A stretch of 64,000 bases of DNA, from assembly GCA_050173015.1 (NCBI GenBank), contig JBFXLE010000005.1, positions 64,001-128,000 of the forward strand, given 5' to 3'. The notes below the pieces were generated by a model. The model ran no database searches. It worked only from the letters and a program-made list of their open reading frames with translations, and was not told where the DNA came from. Below, one piece after another: positions 10,313-20,050 of this stretch (positions are counted from its first letter, which is position 1; every line of letters starts with the position of its first letter). A program made the translations under genes and the position numbers. This DNA is from Calditrichaceae bacterium. Lineage in GTDB: Bacteria; Calditrichota; Calditrichia; Calditrichales; JBFXGD01.

Positions 10313-11691
10313 TTTATTGCCTCAAATATATCCCGGTTCACTTCTCTGAAAATAAAAGCATGTAATTTTCGAATAATTGTCTGAAGCCGGGAGGAATCCA
10401 CCATGAAGGTAAAACTGTGAGGCGAAACATTCGATACCGTGAGTTCGATACCCTCGCCATTTATATATTCCCGGACTTCCGTCAAAAGTTTGGTGTTATG
10501 ACTGACATTCTCACCAATCAAAGAAATCGTTGCCTTGTTTTTCTCGACACCAAGATTTGCAAAACCGCCGAAAGAATTGATCATTACATCACTCTTTTTG
10601 CTTTCATCAACAACCAGACTGATTTGTTTGCCCGATCCGAGAATAATGTATGGTACGACCTCGGACTGCCTTACAATATCAAATAATCTGTAAAGAAAGT
10701 CGAACTCACTCGATTTTTCACCCGACTGAATATTTAACATCAAGAGTTTGTCACGGCAAGTTATAGATTTAATGACGGGTTTAGCTGTATCGGTCTTGTT
10801 CCCGATGACTGTTCCATCCGCGCTTGGGGTCCTTACGCTATAGATATGAATTGGAATATTTTTTGATCTCGCCGGCTGAATCGTGTTCGGATGCAGAACT
10901 TTTGCTCCGTAAAGAGACAATTCCGCGGCTTCTTCATAGGACATTTTTTTGATCGTCGCGGGTGTGTCTATTAAGTCGGGATCCGCGGTCATAACACCCG
11001 GTACATCTTTCCAGATCTGAATATCATTGGTTTCAAGCGCCGCGCCGATCAGGACGGCAGAATAGTCTGACCCTTCAAATCCGAGTGTTGTCGTTTCACC
11101 CGATTGTGTGGAACCGATGTATCCCTGAATGACCGGCAGCATCCCTTTGTTCAAAATCGGGAGTATATAATCGCGTATTTTTATCTGACTCTCATCCTCT
11201 TTGGGGTGCGCGTGAGTAAAATGCTCATCGGTGATCAAACAGATGCGCGCGTCCAGAAGATTCGCCCGGATTTGTCTTGAAATCAACGCGGTTGTAAGAA
11301 TCGCTGAGGAAATTAATTCTCCGTATGCCAAAACTTTGTCCTGTAAAAAGGGGCTTAGCTCCTTCCGGGAGGCGATCATCTCGAGAACAATTTTTAATTC
11401 AGAAAAATAATTGTTTATTTTTTCAAGATAAATTGAATCCTCCTCTCCTGTTTTAAAAGCATTGTAAACTTTCAGATGTTCTTCACGAAGAGTACTCAGA
11501 AGACTATATGAATTTGCAGGTTCCTGCTCTTCAGCGAGTTTTGCCGCCTTTAGCAGCCGGCTTGTTGTTTTGCCCATTGCCGATACAACAATCACCGGTT
11601 GCAGGTCAATCCTCCGGCTGATAATTTCCGTTACATTCTTTACAGATTCGGCGCCATCCAGCGAGGCGCCTCCAAATTTCATTATGATCAT
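10309..11691 (-). CDS. lysC: Aspartate kinase with ACT domains
   Basis: MKFGGAS, VVSAMG, GELIS, DVPGVMTADP, GAKVLHP; atypical LGFEGSD. Confidence 0.9.
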   Translation of the reverse strand: MIIMKFGGASLDGAESVKNVTEIISRRIDLQPVIVVSAMGKTTSRLLKAAKLAEEQEPANSYSLLSTLREEHLKVYNAFKTGEEDSIYLEKINNYFSELKIVLEMIASRKELSPFLQDKVLAYGELISSAILTTALISRQIRANLLDARICLITDEHFTHAHPKEDESQIKIRDYILPILNKGMLPVIQGYIGSTQSGETTTLGFEGSDYSAVLIGAALETNDIQIWKDVPGVMTADPDLIDTPATIKKMSYEEAAELSLYGAKVLHPNTIQPARSKNIPIHIYSVRTPSADGTVIGNKTDTAKPVIKSITCRDKLLMLNIQSGEKSSEFDFLYRLFDIVRQSEVVPYIILGSGKQISLVVDESKKSDVMINSFGGFANLGVEKNKATISLIGENVSHNTKLLTEVREYINGEGIELTVSNVSPHSFTFMVDSSRLQTIIRKLHAFIFREVNRDIFEAIK

Positions 11692-11709
11692 TTTTCTAAT
11701 TTTTCATAC

Positions 11710-12777
11710 TTATTTGCTATTTATAATTTTATCCATTCGTCCCTGTTTTAACAATAATTCCGCATTGAGAATTGACGCGCCCGCGGCCCCCCGGATCGTA
11801 TTATGTCCAAGAGCGATCATCCGGTAATCCAATACCGGACACGTTTGAATCCTTCCAATAACCGTAGCCATTCCTTTTTCCACCATAATATCATATTTGG
11901 GTTGCGGTCGGTCCCGCTCTTCCATTACAACAATCGGTCTTACTGGCGCGGACGGGAGCTTTAAATCCTGAGGCATTGCCTTAAAGTTTTTATAGGTATC
12001 CGAAATCTCGGCAATACTCGTTGATTCTTTCAGCTTTACGGAGATACTTTCCAGGTGACCATCCTCCACGGATACTCTGTTACACTGTGCGCTGACCGCA
12101 ATATCCGCGTCTTCGATTCCGCCGTTTGTTATTGTCCCCAATATTTTTCGTGTTTCCTTCGCGATCTTTTCTTCTTCCCCCGAAATAAACGGAAGCACAT
12201 TGCCGAGTATATCCAGGGAGGCCACTCCCGGATAACCCGCCCCGGATACAGCCTGCATTGTCACCACAGATACTTTCTCCACGGTAAAATTTTGATGAAG
12301 AGGATAAAGGGCCATCGCCAGAAAAATGGTCGAACAATTCGGATTGGTCACAATAAATCCCGGCCAGTCGCGGTTTTTTTGTTGTGCATCGATTAATTTG
12401 ATATGACTTTCGTTCAGTTCGGGTATCATCAACGGCACATCATTATCATAGCGGTGATTTCGCGCGTTACTAAAAACCGCGTATCCGGCCGATGCGAATT
12501 CTTCCTCTATTTCACCGGCCACCGATGCGTCCAGCCCTGAAAATACAATCCGGCAATCAAGATCAGATATACATTCCTTAACTTTGAGTCTGGCTATTTT
12601 TTCAGGCAAAACCGTTTTTTGAGTCCAGTGGACTGCTTCCGAATACATTTTACCCGATGACTGCCTCGATGCGGCAAGCTCCGTTACTTCAAACCAGGGA
12701 TGATTTTCCAGCAGGGCCACAAATTTCTGACCGACTGCCCCGGTGGCTCCTAAAATACCTACTTTTATTTTATCCAT
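11710..12777 (-). CDS. asd: Aspartate-semialdehyde dehydrogenase (archaeal/fungal-like subtype)
   Basis: GATGAVGQ..HPWF, NPNCST, QAVSGAG, HNTIRGAAG. Confidence 0.95.
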   Translation of the reverse strand: MDKIKVGILGATGAVGQKFVALLENHPWFEVTELAASRQSSGKMYSEAVHWTQKTVLPEKIARLKVKECISDLDCRIVFSGLDASVAGEIEEEFASAGYAVFSNARNHRYDNDVPLMIPELNESHIKLIDAQQKNRDWPGFIVTNPNCSTIFLAMALYPLHQNFTVEKVSVVTMQAVSGAGYPGVASLDILGNVLPFISGEEEKIAKETRKILGTITNGGIEDADIAVSAQCNRVSVEDGHLESISVKLKESTSIAEISDTYKNFKAMPQDLKLPSAPVRPIVVMEERDRPQPKYDIMVEKGMATVIGRIQTCPVLDYRMIALGHNTIRGAAGASILNAELLLKQGRMDKIINSK

Positions 12778-12784
12778 ATTTTTC

Positions 12785-13780
12785 TCATGTTTCAGATAAT
12801 AATTTTTTTACGATTCCGTAATATAATTCAACCGCCTCGGTCAATTCTTTTTTGCCTATTTTTTCATGATCTGTGTGCGCGTCAAGAATACTCCCCGGCC
12901 CAAACAGAACCGGTTCCCCCCAGTTGTTCAGATTTGGTATATCCGTTGTGTAAGACGCGACCATTGTCTCATATCCCGGCAATGTTTTAGTCAGCACAGG
13001 TTCACAGGCAAAAATATATTCTAATTTTGCCCGATTATTAACAATTTTTTCTAAAATCTGTTTTATTTCATCAACCGATGAGACAATCCTGAACATTAAA
13101 AGGGCCTCCGCGAAAGGAGGAATCACATTGGCCTGAATTCCTCCTGAAATTGTTCCGATATTATACGTTGTGGCGCCTAAAAGTTCATGTTTTGGGAACG
13201 CTTCTTTGCGGATATCATTAAAAATATCCAACAATTTTTCAATCGCCGATTCTCCGTGCTCCGGATAGGCGGCGTGAGCCGCTTTTCCTTTGACGATAAA
13301 TTTTACCCGAAGCGAACCTTTGGAACCTATGGCCATTTTATTTTCAGTCGGCTCCCCGTTGATCAGCCAGCGGCATTTATTTTCTATTTTGTTTGCAGAG
13401 ATGGCTCCATCGCTGATACTTTCTTCACCCGCGACAAAGAGAAGTCCAAAATTGCTGATTCCTTCAGATAAAAGTTTCTCCGATGCTTTTATTTGAGAAG
13501 CGATGATACCCTTGGTATCACATGCTCCCCGGCCGTAGAAAAAAGAGTCATCTTCAGAAAATGGAAAATATGGTGGGACGGTATCTGTATGTGTTGAAAG
13601 TATGACGCGCGGTTCGCCTTTTGACGCAAGAATACTCGAGCGTTTACCTTCAACAGGGATCAAACGGATTTCAAATCCACGGTTTTCCAGATATTCCGAC
13701 AAAAAATCGGTTATTTCCGCTTCATCACCGGTTATTGATTTCAGCTCGATTAGTTTACGGGTTAATTCATATAAATCCAT
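12785..13780 (-). CDS. M20-family deacylase (ArgE/DapE-like), probable succinyl-DAP desuccinylase
   Basis: THTDTV, GRGACDTKG, GEE, GEPT, GPGSILDAH; first gene of the dap operon; start 13780 or 13798. Confidence 0.8.
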   Translation of the reverse strand: MDLYELTRKLIELKSITGDEAEITDFLSEYLENRGFEIRLIPVEGKRSSILASKGEPRVILSTHTDTVPPYFPFSEDDSFFYGRGACDTKGIIASQIKASEKLLSEGISNFGLLFVAGEESISDGAISANKIENKCRWLINGEPTENKMAIGSKGSLRVKFIVKGKAAHAAYPEHGESAIEKLLDIFNDIRKEAFPKHELLGATTYNIGTISGGIQANVIPPFAEALLMFRIVSSVDEIKQILEKIVNNRAKLEYIFACEPVLTKTLPGYETMVASYTTDIPNLNNWGEPVLFGPGSILDAHTDHEKIGKKELTEAVELYYGIVKKLLSET

Positions 13781-13877
13781 TGCGTATATTCCGTTCACAT
13801 TAGATTGTTCTTATTAAAAACCCTGAATGACCAATTTATGAAAGAGCGGGGGCGCGCATCAAGAGGTGTTTCTGATT

Positions 13878-14609
13878 TCATTTTTTCAGCGGATAGTATT
13901 TCAACTCTAAATTATTACCGTCAAATTCCGCATAACTGAAATTGACCAGCCAGTCGCCTAGATTTAAATACTTATGATCATTTTTTTCATATACCAGTGG
14001 ATTGTGCTTATGTCCCATCAATACATAATCAAATCCTCTGTCAAACTGCTTCTCGGCATATTCTTTATAATCTTCCACATCTTTCAGAACAAGCCGGTTT
14101 GTGTACACACGGCTTGAGCCAGATATAAAACGGGCAAACCGGAATCCGAAATCAGGATGCAGCCATCTGAATATTTTCTGATTGAACTTATTTCGGAACA
14201 CGCGTTTCAGGAAACGGTAACCGGTATCTTTTTTCGCGACGCCATCACCATGGAATAAATAGAAATTTTTACCGCCCAATTCAAATTCATAATCGTCAAG
14301 CCATGTCTTCATTCCGATCATTTCATCAAAAAAACGGCCGAGGAAAAAATCATGATTACCCGCCAGATAATTTATTTCAACGCCTCTGTCCGTTAAACGC
14401 TTAAATCTGTAAAGAAAATCAAAATATTTTTTGGGTATCACATATTTGTATTCGAACCAAAAATCAAAAAGATCACCCACAATATAAAGGTGCGTGGCAT
14501 CTTTTTCTATTTCATCCAGAAAACGCAGAACATGCGTCTGTTTTTGATGCTCTTCCTCGGTTTCATTCGCGCCAATGTGTAAATCAGAAATGAAATATGC
14601 TTTTATCAT
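13878..14609 (-). CDS. lpxH: UDP-2,3-diacylglucosamine diphosphatase (metallophosphoesterase)
   Basis: SDLH, GDLFDFW, GNHD, HGD, GHKH, NLGDW; start trimmed to MIKAYFISDLH because the longer ORF overlaps the DJ-1 gene. Confidence 0.85.
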   Translation of the reverse strand: MIKAYFISDLHIGANETEEEHQKQTHVLRFLDEIEKDATHLYIVGDLFDFWFEYKYVIPKKYFDFLYRFKRLTDRGVEINYLAGNHDFFLGRFFDEMIGMKTWLDDYEFELGGKNFYLFHGDGVAKKDTGYRFLKRVFRNKFNQKIFRWLHPDFGFRFARFISGSSRVYTNRLVLKDVEDYKEYAEKQFDRGFDYVLMGHKHNPLVYEKNDHKYLNLGDWLVNFSYAEFDGNNLELKYYPLKK

Positions 14610-14696
14610 TTTCGCCGGGTGAATCCTTTTGCCAAAGTTTGCGTTAAAAACCGTTAAAGTAAATATAATTAATAATAAAAGCAACCGGGCATCTGA

Positions 14697-14725
14697 TTGA
14701 CTTCCGTTCTTATCCGGAATAGATT
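14697..14725 (+). promoter_or_regulatory. Putative sigma70 promoter of the DJ-1 gene
   Basis: TTGACT-N17-TAGATT, upstream of RBS AGGAGG and TTG start. Confidence 0.5.
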
Positions 14726-14757
14726 TATTCTGTAAAAAATGTATAAGGAGGAAACCA

Positions 14758-15306
14758 TTGGCAAAAGCGCTTGTTTTACTTGCACCGGGATTCGAAGAAA
14801 TTGAAGCTGTTACAATTATCGATTTGCTGAGAAGGGGCAAAATTGACGTCACCGTGGCCGGTCTTGAGATGGATTCTGTTACCGGATCACATCAAATCAG
14901 TATCATTCCCGACGCGTTTTACCTGGATATCGATCCTGATGAATTTGATGTTTTGATTCTCCCCGGAGGGCAACCGGGTTCAAACAATCTTAAAGGAGAC
15001 AGCAATATTGTCAATTGGATCAATTCCCGTTTCAAATCCGGCAAAAAGCTCGCGGCAATCTGTTCGGCGCCGGTCGTTTTCCATGCGGCAGGTATTACAC
15101 CGGGGAGAAAACTCACCAGTTATCCGACCGATAAAGATGTCTTTACGGATAGTGTATATCTCGAAGAGAATGTGGTACGAGACGGTCAGATTATCACCAG
15201 CCGCGGTGTGGGAACCGCAATCGATTTTAGTCTTGCGATTATTTCAGATTTAAGGGGAAATGCTGAAGCCGGAGAAGTGGCGGCTCGAATTTTATACAAA
15301 GAATGA
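14758..15306 (+). CDS. DJ-1/YajL family glyoxalase/deglycase
   Basis: GFEEIE, LPGG, AAICSAP (catalytic Cys), ITSRGVGTA. Confidence 0.92.
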   Translation: MAKALVLLAPGFEEIEAVTIIDLLRRGKIDVTVAGLEMDSVTGSHQISIIPDAFYLDIDPDEFDVLILPGGQPGSNNLKGDSNIVNWINSRFKSGKKLAAICSAPVVFHAAGITPGRKLTSYPTDKDVFTDSVYLEENVVRDGQIITSRGVGTAIDFSLAIISDLRGNAEAGEVAARILYKE

Positions 15307-15323
15307 TTTTCAGATTAAATATG

Positions 15324-16343
15324 TCATTTGCTGAAATAATTTATAAGAGCATCGGCAATTTTATCAATACCAGAACGCACCGGATCCGTCACCGGCAGAC
15401 CGAATTTTGTTTCAATTTTTTGAATCTGTGAATCCGCTTCGGCTCCGCTTAGCCCGGCGGTGTTCAGAGAGATTGCAAGAATTGGCGCGGGTTTGATCGC
15501 AGAGAGAAACTGACGATAGAGTTCGATGGTGCTTGTAATGATCGATTGGGTATCATTGATCTCAGCCCGATGACATAAAATTATCGCGTCCGGCATCGCG
15601 CCGTGTAAAATTCCGATATTGGCCGGCGCCGCGACCGGGTGATAGATACCGCCTCTGCCTTCGATAACAATATATTCAAATTTATCACTCAATCCGACCA
15701 TCTCGTTTTCAACAACAGCGGAGACCGAGTCGCTTCTTATCGCGTCGGTGATGATACCTTTCCCTTTGACAAGCCGACCGGAGAGACTTGTCGCCAGCCA
15801 TTCCGCTGAAACACCCCTCTGATGTAAGCCGTTAACCAATTCTATTGTTGTGGTAAGTTTTCCGGATAGTTCAGTCGATCCAACCATCATTATATTTCTG
15901 GATTTCAAATTTTTTGAGCGGCCTCTATATTTGAAAAACTTATCTTCTGTGGATCTCAGATCTATAATTTTAACTTTATACTTATCGGCAAGCAGTTTAA
16001 ATTCAGCCGTTTCGTTTAAAAACTGATGAAAGCCATTGATGATGGTCAGCTTCATTTGCAAGGCTTTGATGACCAAAGGATACAGCGCTACCGGCAGCGC
16101 GCCCCCCGTTTTGGATAATCCTATCATAATATGATTCGGTTTTAACTTGAGCAGTTCATCCAATGTGTTTGTAATTGGAATCGCCCCCCCGAAACCGAGA
16201 ACATCCTGTACTGTTTTTCCCGCATTCACGCGATCAACAACACCGATAATTTCTTTTTGAAGATAGCGAATTAAAACTGACTCCGACTTTGAATGCACTG
16301 GCCGCAGCGCTTCGTCTGCCAGAATAATGATCCTCTTTTTCAC
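15324..16343 (-). CDS. DUF1611-family protein (divergent)
   Basis: N-terminal Rossmann-like region (GG.LP, INGFH.FL), P-loop-like GKLTTT, EGRGGIYHP, LHGAMPDAIILCH, LPVTDPVR. Confidence 0.75.
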   Translation of the reverse strand: MKKRIIILADEALRPVHSKSESVLIRYLQKEIIGVVDRVNAGKTVQDVLGFGGAIPITNTLDELLKLKPNHIMIGLSKTGGALPVALYPLVIKALQMKLTIINGFHQFLNETAEFKLLADKYKVKIIDLRSTEDKFFKYRGRSKNLKSRNIMMVGSTELSGKLTTTIELVNGLHQRGVSAEWLATSLSGRLVKGKGIITDAIRSDSVSAVVENEMVGLSDKFEYIVIEGRGGIYHPVAAPANIGILHGAMPDAIILCHRAEINDTQSIITSTIELYRQFLSAIKPAPILAISLNTAGLSGAEADSQIQKIETKFGLPVTDPVRSGIDKIADALINYFSK

Positions 16344-16363
16344 AGCTATACCCGATTAAAATG

Positions 16364-16816
16364 TTACAATGAATCTGACACAATGTATATATATGGTTCT
16401 ATTAAATCGATAGTCTTAGGTCCGATTCTTTTGACTTTATCTAAATCATTGATCGATTTAAACGGACCATTTTGTTCCCGGTATTCAATTATCCTTTTAG
16501 CGGTTGCCGGACCGATTCTTGGGAGTTTTTCCAATTCTTTTTGTCCGGCGGTGTTAATATTGATGCTTTTTTGTTTCAGGATCTTATTAACTTTTCCCCT
16601 TGATGAAGATAATTCTCTTGTCTTTTCCTGCTGATTATAAAATGAGTTGATCGGACCGGCTTCCGATAAACTATTGAAAAGGCTATCCTGTAATTGATAA
16701 TCATAAAGATGTGTATTTATTCCCTGTGGTTTTAGCCATTGGACGAACAAACTGACCAGGACCACACCACCGATGATGAGAAGTGCTCTCCTTTCTGATG
16801 GAGTAAGGTTAAGCAT
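16364..16816 (-). CDS. comEA: ComEA-family helix-hairpin-helix DNA-binding protein
   Basis: N-terminal TM helix, ININTA..ELEKLPRIGPATAKRII.YRE.NGPF, VKRIGPKT. Confidence 0.88.
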   Translation of the reverse strand: MLNLTPSERRALLIIGGVVLVSLFVQWLKPQGINTHLYDYQLQDSLFNSLSEAGPINSFYNQQEKTRELSSSRGKVNKILKQKSININTAGQKELEKLPRIGPATAKRIIEYREQNGPFKSINDLDKVKRIGPKTIDLIEPYIYIVSDSL

Positions 16817-16887
16817 ATGACATCCTTAATCAAACCGGGCTGTTTTTAAATAAGTTATGCTTTAAAACATGAAGATGAAATAAAAAT

Positions 16888-16926
16888 AAAAAAAGCCGAT
16901 TCGGATTCACCGATTTCGGCTTTTTT
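16888..16926 (-). terminator. Intrinsic terminator after dnaJ
   Basis: AAAAAAGCCGA...TCGGCTTTTTT inverted repeat with A/T tracts on both sides. Confidence 0.85.
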
Positions 16927-16928
16927 AA

Positions 16929-18080
16929 CTAGATGTTTAAGGCTTCTTTAAATTTTTCAAAAATCGTCTTATGCTCATCTTCCTGTGGCTGCATATTTTC
17001 ACTTTTTTCCAATTCTGCCAGCATACTTTTCTCTTCATGATTCAGCTTGGTCGGTACAAAAACCTGTATTTGGATCAGTTGATCTCCAACGCCCGTTGAC
17101 TGTAAGTGCGGTATCCCTTTATTGCGCATCCGTAAAATCCTGCCGGATTGAGTACCCTGAGCGATATTGAGTTTCGCTTTTCCGGTGAGCGTCGGTATTT
17201 CCTTGGAAGCGCCAAGAGCCGCCTCGGGGAAACTCACAGGAAGTACCATGATTACATCGTCTCCGCGCCGTTCAAAAATTTTATGAGATAACTCTTCAAT
17301 AAATATAAGCAGGTCACCAGCCGCTCCGTTTCTTCGGCCGCTGTGCCCTTCTCCCTGCATAGGTATATAGTTTCCTGTTTTAACCCCCGCGGGCACATTT
17401 ACCTCAATTGTTTTACTATCCATAACACGCCCGTCACCGCTGCATGCGCGACATGGGTTTTCAATGATCTGTCCTTCTCCGTTACAACGGCTGCATGCCG
17501 CGACATTTACAAATTGACCGAATAATGATTGTGACACCTGTCTTACTTCTCCGCTGCCATGACAAGCGGGACAGGCCAGAGTCTTGCTGTACTGTGCCGA
17601 TCCTGATCCGCTGCATTCGGAACAAGGGACCATTTTTTTTACTTTTATTTTTTTCTTGGTACCCGTCGCGATCTCTTCAAGTGTCAGTTTCAGGGCGATT
17701 TGTAAATCACCACCTTTTCGGTTTGACGAGGCCCGTCTCCGGCCTCCGCCCCCGCCGAATATATCACCAAAACCAAAGCCCTGTTCCATAAACTGCCGCA
17801 AAGCGTCAGATATATCAAAATCCCCAAAATCCATCCCGTTAAAACCGCCGCCGGCAGCTCCCTGATGTCCAAACCGGTCATATCTCTGGCGCTTTGACTG
17901 ATCGCTTAAGACAGCATATGCTTCCGCGATTTCCTTAAACTTTTCTTCAGCGCCCTTGTCATCAGGATTTTTGTCCGGATGATATTTTAATGCTAATTTT
18001 CTGTAAGCCTTCTTGATCTCATCCGCGGCCGCGTTTCGATCGACTCCCAGTATTTCGTAATAGTCCCTCTTTGTTGTCAT
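16929..18080 (-). CDS. dnaJ: Chaperone DnaJ
   Basis: HPD J-domain, G/F region, four CxxCxGxG repeats. Confidence 0.98.
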   Translation of the reverse strand: MTTKRDYYEILGVDRNAAADEIKKAYRKLALKYHPDKNPDDKGAEEKFKEIAEAYAVLSDQSKRQRYDRFGHQGAAGGGFNGMDFGDFDISDALRQFMEQGFGFGDIFGGGGGRRRASSNRKGGDLQIALKLTLEEIATGTKKKIKVKKMVPCSECSGSGSAQYSKTLACPACHGSGEVRQVSQSLFGQFVNVAACSRCNGEGQIIENPCRACSGDGRVMDSKTIEVNVPAGVKTGNYIPMQGEGHSGRRNGAAGDLLIFIEELSHKIFERRGDDVIMVLPVSFPEAALGASKEIPTLTGKAKLNIAQGTQSGRILRMRNKGIPHLQSTGVGDQLIQIQVFVPTKLNHEEKSMLAELEKSENMQPQEDEHKTIFEKFKEALNI

Positions 18081-18089
18081 TATTTCACC

Positions 18090-18722
18090 TTATTTTGCTA
18101 CCAGAACCTGCGAATGCCGAATTACTTTACCGTTAAGATTATATCCCTTTAGATGCTCATCAACCACGTATCCACTCTCATATTTATCTGAATCCACCTG
18201 AACGAGAGCCTGGTGTTTTTCAGGATCAAATTCCTCACCGACAGCGTTGATGGGCTGCAATCCCTTCTTTTGAAGGAGGTTCATCAGATTTTTATAGATT
18301 AATTTGACCCCATCTTTTATCGAATGGGAATTATTTTCATCATCTGCGTGAAGAATTGAGCGTTCCAAATCGTCAATTATCGTTAAAATATCTAAAATCA
18401 GGCCTTCATTCGCGTATTCTATTAATTGAATCGCTTCTTTTTCTCTCCGGTTTTTATAATTTTCAAATTCAGCCGATATCCGCAATATTTTGTCTTTTAA
18501 TTGTTTATTTTCTTCTTCATTGTTTTTCTTTTCCGCGTCCAGTTTTTCCAATCGCGCTTCAAGTTCGGCTATTTTTTTATCTTCTTTTGACTTTGTTTTT
18601 TTTGTTTTGCCTTTTGTGTTCTTTTCTTCTATTTCGATCTCAACGGATTCGTCCGGGTTAAGATTTTCATCCGTTTTTACAGTATCCATTTTTATCCCTT
18701 TTTTCTGATCTTTACCTGACAT
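18090..18722 (-). CDS. grpE: Nucleotide exchange factor GrpE
   Basis: AEFENYKNR, FDPEKHQA, KGYNLNGKVIR; start ATG 18722 after GAGGG. Confidence 0.95.
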   Translation of the reverse strand: MSGKDQKKGIKMDTVKTDENLNPDESVEIEIEEKNTKGKTKKTKSKEDKKIAELEARLEKLDAEKKNNEEENKQLKDKILRISAEFENYKNRREKEAIQLIEYANEGLILDILTIIDDLERSILHADDENNSHSIKDGVKLIYKNLMNLLQKKGLQPINAVGEEFDPEKHQALVQVDSDKYESGYVVDEHLKGYNLNGKVIRHSQVLVAK

Positions 18723-18744
18723 TTTTCCCTCAATATTTATCATT

Positions 18745-18777
18745 AAAAAAGGCCCATTCTGAAAGAAAAATGAACCT
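18745..18777 (-). terminator. G-U-rich hairpin plus U-tract between hrcA and grpE
   Basis: RNA AGGUUCAUUUU-UCUUUC-AGAAUGGGCCU followed by UUUUU. Confidence 0.55.
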
Positions 18778-18812
18778 CGGTTAATCTTTCCTAATAATTT
18801 TTCACTTCCAAA

Positions 18813-19838
18813 TCATGCAAAATTCAGTTTTTGGGTGATTGCCAGAGCGAAATAATCGACAAGTGGAATCACTTTTCCATATGCCATCCTGGTTGGGCCA
18901 ATCACACCTACAACTCCTGAAACATTTCCCACGCGATATGTTGAAGTTATAACGCTGCAGTCCTTAATTTGTTCTTCATCATGTTCATGGCCGATCGTAA
19001 TCTTTATGCCGGGAGGATCTTCCCGTTTCCCCATAAAATGAATGATAATATCTTTATCCTCTATCATTTCGATAAGAGATGAAAATCGGCTGATATCCGA
19101 AAATTCCGGTTGATTTATAATATTACGCGTACCGTCGACGGAATAATTCTCATAACGTGAAAAATCAAACAGCCGGTCGGCGTTCTCTGTAAAAAGCCTG
19201 ATCAGGCCGGTTTCTTCATTATAAAAATCCTCCATCACTACGGCAAAGGTTTTTCGAATCTCGAACAAGGTTTTCCCGCAGAAACGCTGATTGATTTTAA
19301 CAAGCACGCGTTTGATGGATTCTTTCTTAATTTTTTGCTTCACTTCAAGAAGAATCGTCTTAACTTGCCCCGAACTAACGGTCATGATCACCAGCCATTT
19401 ATCTGAAGCCAGGGGCACAATCTGCATATTTTCGAAAATCGCATGATAAAACTTCGGAGTGACTACAATACTTAATTGCCGTGATATGGCCGCGAGAATA
19501 CCCGCAACCTCATCCATCAGATGATCGACATCACCGTTAAAATTCTCCAGCGTGTCTTGAATTAAATTCTTCTGATTATTGCTAATCTGCTGCTGATTAA
19601 TTATTTCATCCACATAAAACCTGTATCCTTTAGTGGTCGGGATCCTACCCGCGGAAGTATGCGGATGCGCCAGATAACCTTCTTCCTCCAGATTAGCCAT
19701 GATCTTCCGGATCGATGCCGGCGCGAGACCGGTACTGCTTTTCTCAGCCAGCGTTTTTGATCCTATCGGATTCGCGGTCATGATAAACTCATGAATCACC
19801 GATTGCAGTATGGACTTTTCTCTCAGTTTTAACGACAT
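18813..19838 (-). CDS. hrcA: Heat-inducible transcription repressor HrcA
   Basis: PIGSKTL, HPHTSAGRIPT..GYRFYVD, GVIGPTRM.Y. Confidence 0.96.
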   Translation of the reverse strand: MSLKLREKSILQSVIHEFIMTANPIGSKTLAEKSSTGLAPASIRKIMANLEEEGYLAHPHTSAGRIPTTKGYRFYVDEIINQQQISNNQKNLIQDTLENFNGDVDHLMDEVAGILAAISRQLSIVVTPKFYHAIFENMQIVPLASDKWLVIMTVSSGQVKTILLEVKQKIKKESIKRVLVKINQRFCGKTLFEIRKTFAVVMEDFYNEETGLIRLFTENADRLFDFSRYENYSVDGTRNIINQPEFSDISRFSSLIEMIEDKDIIIHFMGKREDPPGIKITIGHEHDEEQIKDCSVITSTYRVGNVSGVVGVIGPTRMAYGKVIPLVDYFALAITQKLNFA

Positions 19839-19873
19839 AATCCTGACATTTATTTAATATGTATAAGTCTGTA

Positions 19874-19902
19874 AATATAAAATGTATGATCTGATCTGTC
19901 AA
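19874..19902 (-). promoter_or_regulatory. sigma70 promoter of hrcA
   Basis: TTGACA-N17-TATATT. Confidence 0.7.
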
Positions 19903-20050
19903 GATTATTAGATTCGGGAATGATTTTAAAGATACAGACCGTGTCAACAGCTTGTTACGATGAGGACAACTGGATTTTATCGATTTTGACTGTGGAATAC
20001 GATGAAGATGATAGGATAAATTAATCTGATCTTTTTTCTGAATCAGGAAA

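Noticed and set aside
13799-13877. Possible lysine riboswitch upstream of the dap operon
   Set aside because: The gap is far shorter than a lysine riboswitch and has no recognisable core
14610-14852. N-terminal 81 aa of the 324-aa lpxH ORF
   Set aside because: Overlaps the divergent DJ-1 gene and promoters; family similarity starts at MIKAYFISDLH
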